From Candidatus Brocadia sp. (lineage in GTDB: Bacteria; Planctomycetota; Brocadiia; Brocadiales; Brocadiaceae), in assembly GCA_021650915.1 (NCBI GenBank), contig CP091279.1, positions 360,001 through 392,000 of the forward strand: a stretch of 32,000 nucleotides of DNA. Reading direction: 5' to 3'. The notes beneath the pieces are model-generated. The model was given only the letters and a program-made list of their open reading frames with translations, searched no databases and was not told the DNA's origin. Of this stretch, positions 1 to 9,560 are shown one piece after another. Within the stretch, counting starts at the first letter, position 1. The number at the start of each line of letters is the position of its first letter. The position numbers were made by a program, and so were the translations under genes.

Positions 1-1583
1 GTAAACTTAGCCAATACTGTACCTAATGACTGACTTGCTTTCTCATGTGCCTCCAATTGCCTCTCAGCAGCATGCAATAAAACGGTAAGAACAGCCGGAC
101 CAGGGTCTTTGCCGTCTATTTTTGATAAGCATTCAATTTCTGAGCGGGCTTCCTGATAGCACCCCAAACGTATCTGGGAAAGAATGCGCAGCGTCAAGAC
201 CTTGGCTTTATCAGTCATTTCCTCGCGAGACAGTTTTTGCAACAGGATCGATGATTTTTCAAGAAGCAAGACGTCTTTCTCCAATGCATAATAACATTCC
301 AGTTCCAGGAGTTGCAGACGCAGCCCGGTTTCTTGCCTGCCTTCCAGGACTGAAAGCATTGACAACGCATCCTCATACCGCCCAGTCAAAGATATGATTT
401 CGGCGCGGGTAGCGTCAAGAATCGTTTTTGTTTGAGAAGAGACGGGACATTGATTCAGGATAGCCAACCCTTTTGCGGGCATTTCCCGATAGGTATACAG
501 AATTGCCAGTTTTGCCATCAGATAAACTTCAGGGACATATGCGGTATCGGACACAATTTTTTCGAGGGTATCCGATGCGGCAGCCAGTTTTCTCTGGGAA
601 AGGAATTTGTCTACGATCTTCAGGGAAGAAGCACGCCACGTATCGGACCCCTTGGTAATTGAATTCCAAATCCCCATTGCCTTTTCTGATTCCCCCACGG
701 ACAGATACGCCTCGACTAAAAGGGATCGGATATCATCGGTAATTTCAATCTTGTCCCGTCCTGCATGCACGGTATCCAGAAGCAATGGCCATTTCTGCGC
801 CCACGCCGATACCCTGATCAGCTGAGACCACAGGTCCCGGTTATCAGGAAACTGCCGAATCAGCATTTGGTATTTTTCAATTGCCGCTTCGTAGTTTCCC
901 GACCATGCATCAATATCAGCGGAAAGTTGCTGTAATTTCCCCCTGATTTCTTCGTCCGTGACTTTCGCGATTGCAGCCTTCGCCTCATCGTATCTCTTCA
1001 AACCGACGAGCAGATTAATTTTAAGCGTTGTGACTCCCCCATGTTGCGGATTATGCAATAAAATCTTTTCGCAAAGTTCAAGGGCTTTCGCCTCTTTCCC
1101 CTGTCCGGCAAAGACACCCGCTGCTTCCTCAGCAACCGCCAGATCATCCTCGTCTATTGATAAAGCCTGCAGGTAATACGTAATGGCATGATCAACCTTC
1201 TTATTTTTAATTGCATTTCTCGCCGCATTGAGCGTGAGTTTTTTTGCAAAGTCGTCCTTCCGTCCAGTTGTTATCCCTGTCTTCTGTATTAATTCATCGT
1301 AATGAGTTGCAGCTCCAGGGTAGTATCCGCTGTCCTGCAAATAATCGGCAAACTCCAACTCAACCAGATGATCTTCAGGATTGGTTTTGAGGTAGTTTTC
1401 ATAGCGTCGGATGGCTTTTTTGGTTAATCCTGCTTTCGCTGCGTTCCGGGCAGCCATCAGGAAGAGTACCGACTCGTCTTCCTTCTTTTCCTGTGCGGTA
1501 AGAGATGTGGTGAGACTCAAAAAGACTGAAATTCCCACGACAAAAAATATCCGTATTTTTTTCGCTATTTCTGCTTTTTGCAT
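1..1583 (-). CDS. Secreted TPR-repeat protein; the 3' end lies outside the window
   Basis: ATG at 1583..1581. My manual reverse translation is open to position 1, and spot checks of the frame found no stops. N-terminus MQKAEIAKKIRIFFVVGISVFLSLTTSLTAQE looks like a signal peptide. Repeated helical A/L/Y-rich TPR-like units follow. It is missing from the ORF track only because its stop is off-window. Confidence 0.6.
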   Translation of the reverse strand, partial: MQKAEIAKKIRIFFVVGISVFLSLTTSLTAQEKKEDESVLFLMAARNAAKAGLTKKAIRRYENYLKTNPEDHLVELEFADYLQDSGYYPGAATHYDELIQKTGITTGRKDDFAKKLTLNAARNAIKNKKVDHAITYYLQALSIDEDDLAVAEEAAGVFAGQGKEAKALELCEKILLHNPQHGGVTTLKINLLVGLKRYDEAKAAIAKVTDEEIRGKLQQLSADIDAWSGNYEAAIEKYQMLIRQFPDNRDLWSQLIRVSAWAQKWPLLLDTVHAGRDKIEITDDIRSLLVEAYLSVGESEKAMGIWNSITKGSDTWRASSLKIVDKFLSQRKLAAASDTLEKIVSDTAYVPEVYLMAKLAILYTYREMPAKGLAILNQCPVSSQTKTILDATRAEIISLTGRYEDALSMLSVLEGRQETGLRLQLLELECYYALEKDVLLLEKSSILLQKLSREEMTDKAKVLTLRILSQIRLGCYQEARSEIECLSKIDGKDPGPAVLTVLLHAAERQLEAHEKASQSLGTVLAKF

Positions 1584-1858
1584 CTTCACAGAATATTATA
1601 CCAGGGAAGGAATCCCTGATGGCGCTCCATCAGGATTGATGCTATATTTTTGCCATTCCGTTCAAGAAAAAAAGGGACATCCTGGCAAACAGAGTTGATA
1701 GAATATCTGAAATATTTTAGGATTTCAAGGATTTTATGTAAATACGTGTGAGAAGAAAGGACGAACAAAAACGGCACGGGGGAAAGCGCCTTAACAAACT
1801 AATCAGAGTGATTCCCAAATCACTTGCACATAATGATAGGTCTCATCTTGGAACTACC

Positions 1859-2752
1859 TTATTTCCCAAAAAACAGACGAAAGGTGCCTGCCTCTTTTTC
1901 AATACTTTCAGCCAACACCTGTTGCAGCCTGTGCAGGACAGACGCATCCCATTTTATTCCGTACGCTTGAACAAGCTTGATAATATCAGCATAAAGACTT
2001 GCTATCTCAAGAGAAACATCATCTTCAACCACTGGTTGCATCTCGTATATATGAACCAATATATCAGCAATGTGTACAATGGCTGGCAAAAGAGTTTTTT
2101 GGTCTGTCTCCTGAAGGCGATGATGAAATCCAATAGCTGTCAGCAAGTTTTCCGGAAACATCCATTTTTTCAGAAGCTTCATTCCAACTTCGTCATGAGC
2201 CATTCCAATTATTTCTTTTTCTGCCTCAAACGCCCTGAATTTCCATTTCAAATGTCCTGTCGTTTCAATCAGTTTTATAAATTCATTAGGTAAAGTAAGA
2301 TAGATAACCAGCTTCCCTATATCGTGAATGAGACCTGCTACAAAAAACTCATTGCTCTCTTTTTTTAGATCCGTTGCAATAATCTTTGCTGCAAGACCGC
2401 ACATGAATGAATGTTTCCAGAATTTTCCAATGTCATAATTTCCATTTTTTTCAATTTTCGTAAAACTTTCAAAGACAACTGCGGATATAACCAGGTTTCT
2501 CACCTCTTTAAAGCCCAAAACCGTTATCGCGTGTTGCAGGGTGGCAACTCTCCTTATTGCGCCAAAAAATGGGGAATTGGCCATCTTAAGCAGCTTGGTG
2601 GTAAGGGATATATCAGAAACAATAACTTCTGTAAGGTCATTTGCAGAACTGTTTGGATCAGCAGTAATTTCTATGACCCGACACGCCACGGTTGGCAAGG
2701 CTGGCAAAGAACTTATTCTGGAAATAAGTACAGAAATTTTATCAAAACTCAT
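1859..2752 (-). CDS. HDOD domain signalling protein
   Basis: 297-aa ORF. N-terminal LPALPTVACRVIEITADPNSSANDLTEVIVSDISLTTKLLKMANSPFFG...TLQHAITVLGFKEVRNL is the typical HDOD signature. A degenerate HD-like region follows (GLIHDIGK, GMAHDEVG). Confidence 0.8.
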   Translation of the reverse strand: MSFDKISVLISRISSLPALPTVACRVIEITADPNSSANDLTEVIVSDISLTTKLLKMANSPFFGAIRRVATLQHAITVLGFKEVRNLVISAVVFESFTKIEKNGNYDIGKFWKHSFMCGLAAKIIATDLKKESNEFFVAGLIHDIGKLVIYLTLPNEFIKLIETTGHLKWKFRAFEAEKEIIGMAHDEVGMKLLKKWMFPENLLTAIGFHHRLQETDQKTLLPAIVHIADILVHIYEMQPVVEDDVSLEIASLYADIIKLVQAYGIKWDASVLHRLQQVLAESIEKEAGTFRLFFGK

Positions 2753-2804
2753 ATGAAATGCTTCTTTTTTCGTAATTGACGGTCCCGATGTTATTACCTC
2801 AGAA

Positions 2805-4451
2805 CTAAGAATTAACCATGGACTTTCTCACTTTTTCCTTTGCCTTCATGAAAACTGTTTCTGGAAGGGAAAACACTTGTTGTTTTTCAATAATATCAAA
2901 AAGTATAAAAACCAGTTTGGGATCAAACTGACTTCCGGCACTATCAGCAAATTCTTCAATAACCTTTTCGGGCGGAAGGCTTTTTCTAAAAGGTCGTTCA
3001 GATAACATAGCAACCATTGCATCTACTATGGCAAATATCCTGGCGCCCAGAGGTATTTCATTCCCTTTGAGCCCCGCGGGGTAACCAGATCCATCAAAAT
3101 TTTCATGATGGTGCTGAAGGATCGATCTTTCATTGGCAAAAAAGTCGAATAATCCGGTTAATTCCGCCATCATATCGGGATAGCTTTCAATCTCCAGCTT
3201 TTCGCTGGTATTCAATCCTTTGTTTTTACTTTTCAATGTTTTATCCAACAGGACTTTGAAGTTGTCATGAATCAATGCGGCATTTTTAAAAGCCTCTATA
3301 ACACGCGGGGGAAGATTAAATCTTTCCCCCACGAGTTCAATATATTGTATGACTTGCTGGTTATGCTTCCGATGTTCAGAGGCCACTAAGGTCCGAACCA
3401 TGTAACTCAAAGATTGGACAGACGCATTTCTTATTTTTTCCAAAACGGATGAAATGGTTTCCTTTAGGTACCTGAAATCTTTGCTTTCGCTAACCTTGTC
3501 GTCTGCGGATTGCATTGAGGAATCTTTCAGGTAAACACTAACTCTATTTCTCCCTTCTGCCTTGGATCGATAAAGAGCCTTGTCTGCAAATGCTATAAGT
3601 TCTTTACTTTCCGATGGCTGATGATGTTTCAGCGATGCCACGCCGACGCTCACGGTTGTAATTGTTGAATTGGTTCCATCTGTATATGTTTTTGATTCGC
3701 AGATAGCGCGAATCTTTTCTGCCACACTCTGTGCCCCCTCAATGCTTGTGTTGGGAAGAAGCACCAGGAACTCTTCTCCCCCATAGCGGAAAACGAAGTC
3801 ATACTTCCTTGCCCCTAATTTTAAAGAGGCAGAAAATTCACGTAATACTAAATCGCCGAAGGCATGTCCAAAAGTATCATTAATGATTTTGAAATAATCT
3901 ATATCGAGCAGCAGGCAGGATAAATCAGTTTGATGTCTTAATGCACGGGAATACTCATTCTCAAGGATCTCCGACATATAGTAACGATTATGTAAACCGG
4001 TCAGATCATCATAAATTACTTTTTTTCGTAAGGCATCGCGTGTATCCAAAAGCTCCTTATTCATTTCAACAATCCGCCTTCCGGCGCTGAGACGCACCCT
4101 GAGTTCATTTTGGTTGAATGGTTTGGTGATATAGTCGTCCGCACCCGCTTCCATTCCGGTGACAATATCCTCATCCTCGTTTTTTGAGGTAAGCAGGAGG
4201 ATATACGTGTAAGGTTCTCTGGCTTGTTGCCGAACCCTGCGGCATATCTCCAGGCCACTCATCTCTGGCATCATCCAATCGAGAATGAGAAGGTTTGGCG
4301 CATTTTCAGACTGGATGACCTCCCAGGCATCGAGGCCATCTTTGCACGATATGACCTCATATTTCATATCTTCCAAAAACTTCTCTAATCTGCAACGTGA
4401 GATATTATCGTCTTCCGCTATTAATACTTTCATATTGCACACTTTCAACAT
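2805..4451 (-). CDS. Response regulator with REC, GGDEF (diguanylate cyclase) and HD-GYP (phosphodiesterase) domains
   Basis: REC: MKVLIAEDD...LLILDWMMPEMSG. GGDEF: RYGGEEF preceded by an I-site-like RKYD five residues upstream. HD-GYP: ALIHDNFK ... HHHENFDGSGYP. The true start may be the ATG at 4433 (MKVLIAEDD). Confidence 0.85.
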   Translation of the reverse strand: MLKVCNMKVLIAEDDNISRCRLEKFLEDMKYEVISCKDGLDAWEVIQSENAPNLLILDWMMPEMSGLEICRRVRQQAREPYTYILLLTSKNEDEDIVTGMEAGADDYITKPFNQNELRVRLSAGRRIVEMNKELLDTRDALRKKVIYDDLTGLHNRYYMSEILENEYSRALRHQTDLSCLLLDIDYFKIINDTFGHAFGDLVLREFSASLKLGARKYDFVFRYGGEEFLVLLPNTSIEGAQSVAEKIRAICESKTYTDGTNSTITTVSVGVASLKHHQPSESKELIAFADKALYRSKAEGRNRVSVYLKDSSMQSADDKVSESKDFRYLKETISSVLEKIRNASVQSLSYMVRTLVASEHRKHNQQVIQYIELVGERFNLPPRVIEAFKNAALIHDNFKVLLDKTLKSKNKGLNTSEKLEIESYPDMMAELTGLFDFFANERSILQHHHENFDGSGYPAGLKGNEIPLGARIFAIVDAMVAMLSERPFRKSLPPEKVIEEFADSAGSQFDPKLVFILFDIIEKQQVFSLPETVFMKAKEKVRKSMVNS

Positions 4452-4520
4452 TCATTGAACCGTCTGTTGCCCCTGCTAATTGTCCGCGCTTGTAATACAA
4501 TCAAAGCCAAAATACAAGTA

Positions 4521-4919
4521 TTATTTGGATTTGGCAAATTTCTTTAACGCATGCATGAGACGCTCTGCTTCTCTCGTCAAAGCCCCATAAGTTTCTTCAA
4601 CATCGTCCCATCTGTTTTCTCTTCCCATCGCCTCCAGGTTTAATACCGCTCTATATACAATATTTTTCCCAAAATTGGCAACTGCCCCCTTCAGTTTATG
4701 TGCTGATTTTTCCAAGGCATTACTATCACGACTGTTAACCGCCTTCTTTACCAATGATATTTGCTCAGGAAAGTCATCAATAAACATTTCCGCCAGTTCT
4801 TTGAGAAATTCCTCTTCATTGCCATTTATTTCGAGGGCCTCATCCTTGTCAAAGACCGTCTCGTCATTTTGCCACCTTTCTTTCCTACAGCCAGAGATAT
4901 CATTTGCACTTGCTTTCAT
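4521..4919 (-). CDS. Hpt histidine phosphotransfer protein
   Basis: 132-aa ORF with the Hpt phospho-histidine motif SAHKLKGAVANFG. It sits between the hybrid kinase and the response regulator. Confidence 0.75.
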   Translation of the reverse strand: MKASANDISGCRKERWQNDETVFDKDEALEINGNEEEFLKELAEMFIDDFPEQISLVKKAVNSRDSNALEKSAHKLKGAVANFGKNIVYRAVLNLEAMGRENRWDDVEETYGALTREAERLMHALKKFAKSK

Positions 4920-5124
4920 GCTAAAATTCCTCCTTACATTTTCATTTGAAAATTAGGCTGCCTTTGGCAGCGACCTTTCGTTGCTTGTTCCCAAACAGAT
5001 GCTTCAACTGGCTCAGCACATGGTTTGGGAACGAGCCGCAAATCCATACGTGTTAAGTTAAACATCTATAATTACCCCCCCAAACGCCTTGTTCTGGCAA
5101 AGACGCCTCGCCGGTTCATCTTCA

Positions 5125-5300
5125 CTTGTCCCCCGCTGGCGGGGGGTAGGGGGGTGGACCGGACAGTCCGATCGCGTCTACCACCTTTTCAATCCTCTGT
5201 ATAACACCGCTCATATTCTTCAATACATCTTCGTCTGTAAGCCTGATTATGATAAATCCAGCGCTTTCAAGCGCCCGGGACTTCTGCTTATCTTTCTCCC
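5125..5300 (-). pseudogene. C-terminal remnant of a DUF559 / Vsr-like endonuclease-domain gene
   Basis: Only KSRALESAGFIIIRLTDEDVLKNMSGVIQRIEKVV resembles the conserved C-terminus of DUF559 proteins (LE..G..vlRf.n.dVl.n...Vl..I). The roughly 100-aa N-terminal catalytic part is absent. The upstream part of ORF 5122..5463 is low-complexity. Confidence 0.4.
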
Positions 5301-5378
5301 CAGTTTCATCGGCTTTTGGTTTTTCCTGCATTGTTTTCGTGTTCCTTTTCCACCCCCTGCCCCCGCCAGCGGGGGACA
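5127..5378. repeat. Perfect 19-bp GC-rich inverted repeat pair flanking the DUF559 remnant
   Basis: TGTCCCCCGCTGGCGGGGG at 5127-5145 is the exact reverse complement of CCCCCGCCAGCGGGGGACA at 5360-5378. Confidence 0.8.
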
Positions 5379-5492
5379 GTCGCCACCCATACCTACAGGA
5401 TTTTAAACCGTGGAGTTTGCAAGAAAGCACGGGCAAACAAGTTTGTCGTTCGACTGAGCTCACGACGAAGTCCGTGCCATCCCAAGACCAGC

Positions 5493-8400
5493 TTACCTTG
5501 ATGGCGAATCCGATGAGGGTTGATGCTCTGTTCCATCATGGAGGTTCCGCTTGATTACATCGGCAAGTACCTGCATGTTAACCGGTTTGGTGACATAATC
5601 GTTCATGCCTGCCTCAAGACACTTCTCGCGGTCGCCTTGCATAGCGTTGGCAGTCATGGCTATTATCGGAATATTATGATTTCTAACCGATGAGTTCTCA
5701 TCACGGATGATCCGGGTAGCCTCATAACCGTCCACATCGGGCATCTGACAGTCCATCAGAACAAGATTATAATCCGATCTCTCCAACGACTCTACAGCCT
5801 CCTTTCCATTCGTAACGACATCTGCATTATATCCGAGCTTTTTCTCCAAAATACGCAAAATAACCTTCTGGTTAACAACGTTGTCCTCTGCCACGAGGAT
5901 ACGAAGACGTCGCTTCTGAGCCTCGGATATAGAGTAACGAGTTACGATCTGATTTGGAGTATCCTTCCCGACGCCTGCAGTTTTTCCGGTAATAATGCTG
6001 AGACATTCAAGCAACTGTGACTGTTTTACCGGTTTGAGCAGATACGCCGCAAATCCAAGCCTTTTAAAATGCTCGGCATCCCCACGCATGCCAGCCGAAG
6101 TCAGCATCACCAGGATCAGGTCTTTGAGTTGCGGATCTGCCTTGATTTCCTTGCAAAGTGATTCTCCATCCACCTTTGGCATACAACGGTCAAGCAAGGC
6201 AATCTGAAACGGATTACCGTCACTGATGGCCTCATGAAGCTTTTTCATCGCCTCCACAGCAGAGGCAGCCTCTTCAACCTTACAGCGCCACGATTCGAGG
6301 TAAGCCCTAAAGACAAGTCGGTTCGTATGGTTATCATCAACAACCAGCACACGCATATCCTCGATGACGCATGGCTCATCTGTCACCCTTTGCTGAGCAG
6401 AAGGTTGTTTTTTCAACACTACGGTGAACCAGAACGTTGATCCCTTACCCTCTTCGCTTTCCACACCTATTTGGCCTCCCATTAACTCAGTAAGTTGTTT
6501 TGAAATCGCCAATCCCAGCCCGGTGCCGCCATACATTCTGGTGGTAGAAGAATCTACCTGAGAAAATGACTGGAACAACTTCTTTACGCTACCGGCAGGA
6601 ATGCCGATGCCGGTGTCTCTGACAGCAAACCGCAAGGTTATCTGCAAATCAGCTTCTTTGACCATGGTCACGCTGATTGCTACCTCACCGGCTTTCGTGA
6701 ATTTTATGGCATTATTACCAAGATTAATTAACACTTGCCGCAATCGGCCAGGGTCTCCACGCAGACGCGACGGCACTTCCGAATCGATAAAACAAGAGAA
6801 CTCAAGACCTTTCTTCTCTGCCCCGAAGGCCAGGATGTCGATGATACTTTCCACCGTAATACGCAGGTCAAAGTCAATGTTCTCTATCTCCAGCTTACCA
6901 GATTCTATCTTGGAAAAATCCAGGATATCATTGATAATAGACAGCAAGGAGTCTGCGCTAGTGCGAATTGTCTCTGCATAACCATGCTGCTCCTGAGTCA
7001 ATTCCGTGCCTAACAACAGATCCGTCATACCGATAACGCCATTCATTGGCGTGCGTATCTCGTGACTCATGTTGGCAAGGAATTCACCTTTGGCGCGGCT
7101 GGCCTCATCCGCCAATTTCTTTGCCTTTTCCAACGCTTTATTCTTTTCTTCAACATTCCTTTTTTGTATTTCAAGTTCTTCATAGTACTGTAATAACACC
7201 TGATGTTTCAACTGCAGTTCTTCCTCAACTTGCTTTAGATGGGTAATATCATCAAAAATCTCCAAAAATGCCTTTTTACCCTGGTATACTAAACCAACAT
7301 GAGTTATCTGAAATACCTTCCCGCCTAAAATACCTTCTGATTCAATAGTTTTTGTTTTTTTGGTTCTCGTGCGTTCTTTCAGGCAGCAATTCTCACATTG
7401 CTTTTTGTTGTCACGATAAATATTCCAGCATTTTTCCCCTATTACTTTTTTACCCAGAATGGCTCCAAATTTTTCGCTTACATAGAGGATATTGCCTTCC
7501 TCGTCCACAATATCCATGCCAAAGGGAAGAGAGTCGACAAGGGTTTGATTGAAATTGCTAAACTCTCGTAGTTCTTCCTCTGCTTTTTTACGTTTGGTAA
7601 TGTCTTCTTTAATTGCAAGAAAATGTGTGATCTCCCCATCCTGATTCTTTATTGGTGAAATGAAGGCATACTCCCAAAACGTTTGTCCATCTTTCTTCTT
7701 GTTAAGAAATTCTCCTGCCCATTCCTTGCCGGTGTTAATGGTTTCCCAAAGCTCTTTGTATTCATCAGGGTTTTTTTTATCTGATTTTAGTATTCTGGGG
7801 TTCTTTCCTATAGCCTCTTCAGAAGTGTACCCGGTTATCGTGGTAAATTTTTTATTAACATATTCAATATTGCCCTTCGTATCGGTAATGACAATAGAAG
7901 CCGGGCTTTGTTCTACGGCATGAAACAAGGATCTGATTTGGTCATTCTGTTGTTTTTGCTCAATTACAGAAGCCAGTATATTCGCTACTGATTGTAAAAA
8001 GTTGGCTTCATTTATATCAAATTCCCGTGTTCTGGTCGTATGTACACCAATAACTCCAAATGGCTTTTTTGCACCCTTTCCATAAATAACAGCGCTCATG
8101 CCACTAATTACTCCATGTTCGTGGAGCAATGGCGGACAACCGAATCTCGTTTCCGTTCGAAGGTCTTTGACAATCACTGGTTCTTTGGAAATGAGGGTGT
8201 AACCAGCTTGTGAGTCAAGTCCCGTGCTGACCGTTGCTTTTCCCATTAATTCTTTCCTCCATCCTACTCCTGCACGTAACAGCAGGCTCTTTCCGTCTGG
8301 AAGGAGTTCTAATATTTTGCCGTATTCCACATCGAGGGTTTGAGAAGTTTTTTCAACGATTAAATTCAATAACGTAGAAAGGTCATATTCTCCCAAAGCC

Positions 8401-8855
8401 TTTTGCCCTATGAAAGCAACAACTTCTTGTTGCAATGCCCACTGCTTGATTTTATCATCATGTAGTTTACGTTCAGCGCTGTTCCTTAAAAAGACATAAT
8501 TGACCTCCCTGTCATGCAACGTGGCAGAACTAACGTTTACTTCAACAGGTATTCTCTGTCCGCTTTTGTGTTCAATATATGTATCTTGATCAAGACACGC
8601 TCCTTCGTTTGTGCATTCTTCGGAGTTCTCTATGGAAGGTTGCAATTTACTTTTGAGGTAAATGTCTGTTTCATTCTTGCCAATAATTTCTTTTCGGGCA
8701 TAACCGAATAAATATTCTGCCCTCTTATTTGCGTCGATAATTGTTCCTGACGTTGTATCGACAATAAAAATGGCTTCATGAAAAGCATCAAAGATCTTTT
8801 GATATTTTTCCTCTGAATCACGAAATGATTTCTCTTTTTTTTTATTTCTTTGCAT
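5493..8855 (-). CDS. Hybrid sensor histidine kinase (PAS-GAF-PAS-PAS-HisKA-HATPase-REC-REC)
   Basis: 1120-aa ORF. H-box is SHEIRTPMNGVIGM. The ATPase has N, G1 and G2 boxes (NLGNNAIKFT, DTGIGI, GGTGLGL). Two receiver domains are present (VLVVDDNHTNR...LLDRCMP and ILVAEDNVVNQ...VLMDCQMPDVDG). The N-terminal part has PAS-like modules and a GAF-like module. Confidence 0.9.
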   Translation of the reverse strand: MQRNKKKEKSFRDSEEKYQKIFDAFHEAIFIVDTTSGTIIDANKRAEYLFGYARKEIIGKNETDIYLKSKLQPSIENSEECTNEGACLDQDTYIEHKSGQRIPVEVNVSSATLHDREVNYVFLRNSAERKLHDDKIKQWALQQEVVAFIGQKALGEYDLSTLLNLIVEKTSQTLDVEYGKILELLPDGKSLLLRAGVGWRKELMGKATVSTGLDSQAGYTLISKEPVIVKDLRTETRFGCPPLLHEHGVISGMSAVIYGKGAKKPFGVIGVHTTRTREFDINEANFLQSVANILASVIEQKQQNDQIRSLFHAVEQSPASIVITDTKGNIEYVNKKFTTITGYTSEEAIGKNPRILKSDKKNPDEYKELWETINTGKEWAGEFLNKKKDGQTFWEYAFISPIKNQDGEITHFLAIKEDITKRKKAEEELREFSNFNQTLVDSLPFGMDIVDEEGNILYVSEKFGAILGKKVIGEKCWNIYRDNKKQCENCCLKERTRTKKTKTIESEGILGGKVFQITHVGLVYQGKKAFLEIFDDITHLKQVEEELQLKHQVLLQYYEELEIQKRNVEEKNKALEKAKKLADEASRAKGEFLANMSHEIRTPMNGVIGMTDLLLGTELTQEQHGYAETIRTSADSLLSIINDILDFSKIESGKLEIENIDFDLRITVESIIDILAFGAEKKGLEFSCFIDSEVPSRLRGDPGRLRQVLINLGNNAIKFTKAGEVAISVTMVKEADLQITLRFAVRDTGIGIPAGSVKKLFQSFSQVDSSTTRMYGGTGLGLAISKQLTELMGGQIGVESEEGKGSTFWFTVVLKKQPSAQQRVTDEPCVIEDMRVLVVDDNHTNRLVFRAYLESWRCKVEEAASAVEAMKKLHEAISDGNPFQIALLDRCMPKVDGESLCKEIKADPQLKDLILVMLTSAGMRGDAEHFKRLGFAAYLLKPVKQSQLLECLSIITGKTAGVGKDTPNQIVTRYSISEAQKRRLRILVAEDNVVNQKVILRILEKKLGYNADVVTNGKEAVESLERSDYNLVLMDCQMPDVDGYEATRIIRDENSSVRNHNIPIIAMTANAMQGDREKCLEAGMNDYVTKPVNMQVLADVIKRNLHDGTEHQPSSDSPSR

Positions 8856-8934
8856 CCTCTTTATCTCAACTATTTTATAGAATCAAAACCGGTACCTGTC
8901 CTGAAAATTCTTTTCATCATCAGATTTTCTTTTT

Positions 8935-9375
8935 TCAGTGATATTCAGGGTATTTCCGGAGCGAATCCTTACTGCTTTTCCTCAGGAGCACAACAAAATG
9001 TTTCTCTGCCTCTCTGTACCTCTGCTGATTATGAAGTTCAATGGCCAGCCACAAACGGATATTCATATCTTCCGGCGTTATTTTTATCATGGTATTCAGG
9101 ACTTTTACCGTCTCTTTGCGCTTTCCAGCCCTTGTCAGAATTTTCCCAAGGCAATAGTATGAACCGATATCCTGCTGGCTGGGTACTTTTTTTATCATAG
9201 CGTTGTAGAGCATCATGACCTTTTCAGCGTCTGGGGAGGCCGTACTCTTGAAAAGCGATTGCAAAAGGATCTCATTTTTATAAACCCATTGAAAAGAACC
9301 CCAGCATATTCCAAAAAAGAAGAGGAAGAAGGTTGCCAGGAACCACGTGCTGCGAATGATTTTCTCTGAACTCAT
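8935..9375 (-). CDS. Small membrane-anchored TPR-like protein
   Basis: 146-aa ORF with an N-terminal TM helix (WFLATFFLFFFGICWGSF) and then TPR-like helices. It lies directly downstream of the synthase gene on the same strand. Confidence 0.5.
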   Translation of the reverse strand: MSSEKIIRSTWFLATFFLFFFGICWGSFQWVYKNEILLQSLFKSTASPDAEKVMMLYNAMIKKVPSQQDIGSYYCLGKILTRAGKRKETVKVLNTMIKITPEDMNIRLWLAIELHNQQRYREAEKHFVVLLRKSSKDSLRKYPEYH

Positions 9376-9539
9376 AAGGAATGTTTTTTCTCCTGTGCAT
9401 CGGCAAGAGGTGAATGGATTGCATCAGAATCCTTAGAAATATCGGCGAATTTAATACGTGAAAAATGGGAATGCGCGGTCACAATTTTCCTTGAAATAAG
9501 AATGATTGCGACCTGATATTTTATTTGTCTGGTTTGCAT
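9372..9539 (-). CDS. Possible 55-aa small ORF between the synthase and the TPR-like gene
   Basis: ATG at 9539..9537. Its TGA stop overlaps the ATG of the 8935..9375 gene in an ATGA arrangement. It is below the ORF-track length cutoff, I recognise no homology and the RBS is weak. Confidence 0.2.
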   Translation of the reverse strand: MQTRQIKYQVAIILISRKIVTAHSHFSRIKFADISKDSDAIHSPLADAQEKKHSL

Positions 9540-9560
9540 CTTTCCGTACACCGGATCTAT

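Noticed and set aside
1584-1660. Possible promoter (TATAAT 14 nt upstream of the TPR gene ATG) and a hairpin ATCCCTGATGG/CCATCAGGAT.
   Set aside because: No acceptable -35 element lies at 17 nt spacing, and the -10 box is too close to the start codon. The hairpin lacks a U-tract, so it is not a convincing terminator.
122-1698. Several 60-95-aa plus-strand ORFs in the first 1.7 kb.
   Set aside because: They are antisense to a continuous minus-strand TPR-protein frame (start at 1583) that is open to the window edge. They have low-complexity, unfamiliar sequences.
1748-2293. 181-aa plus-strand ORF.
   Set aside because: It is antisense to the well-supported HDOD gene and has no motifs.
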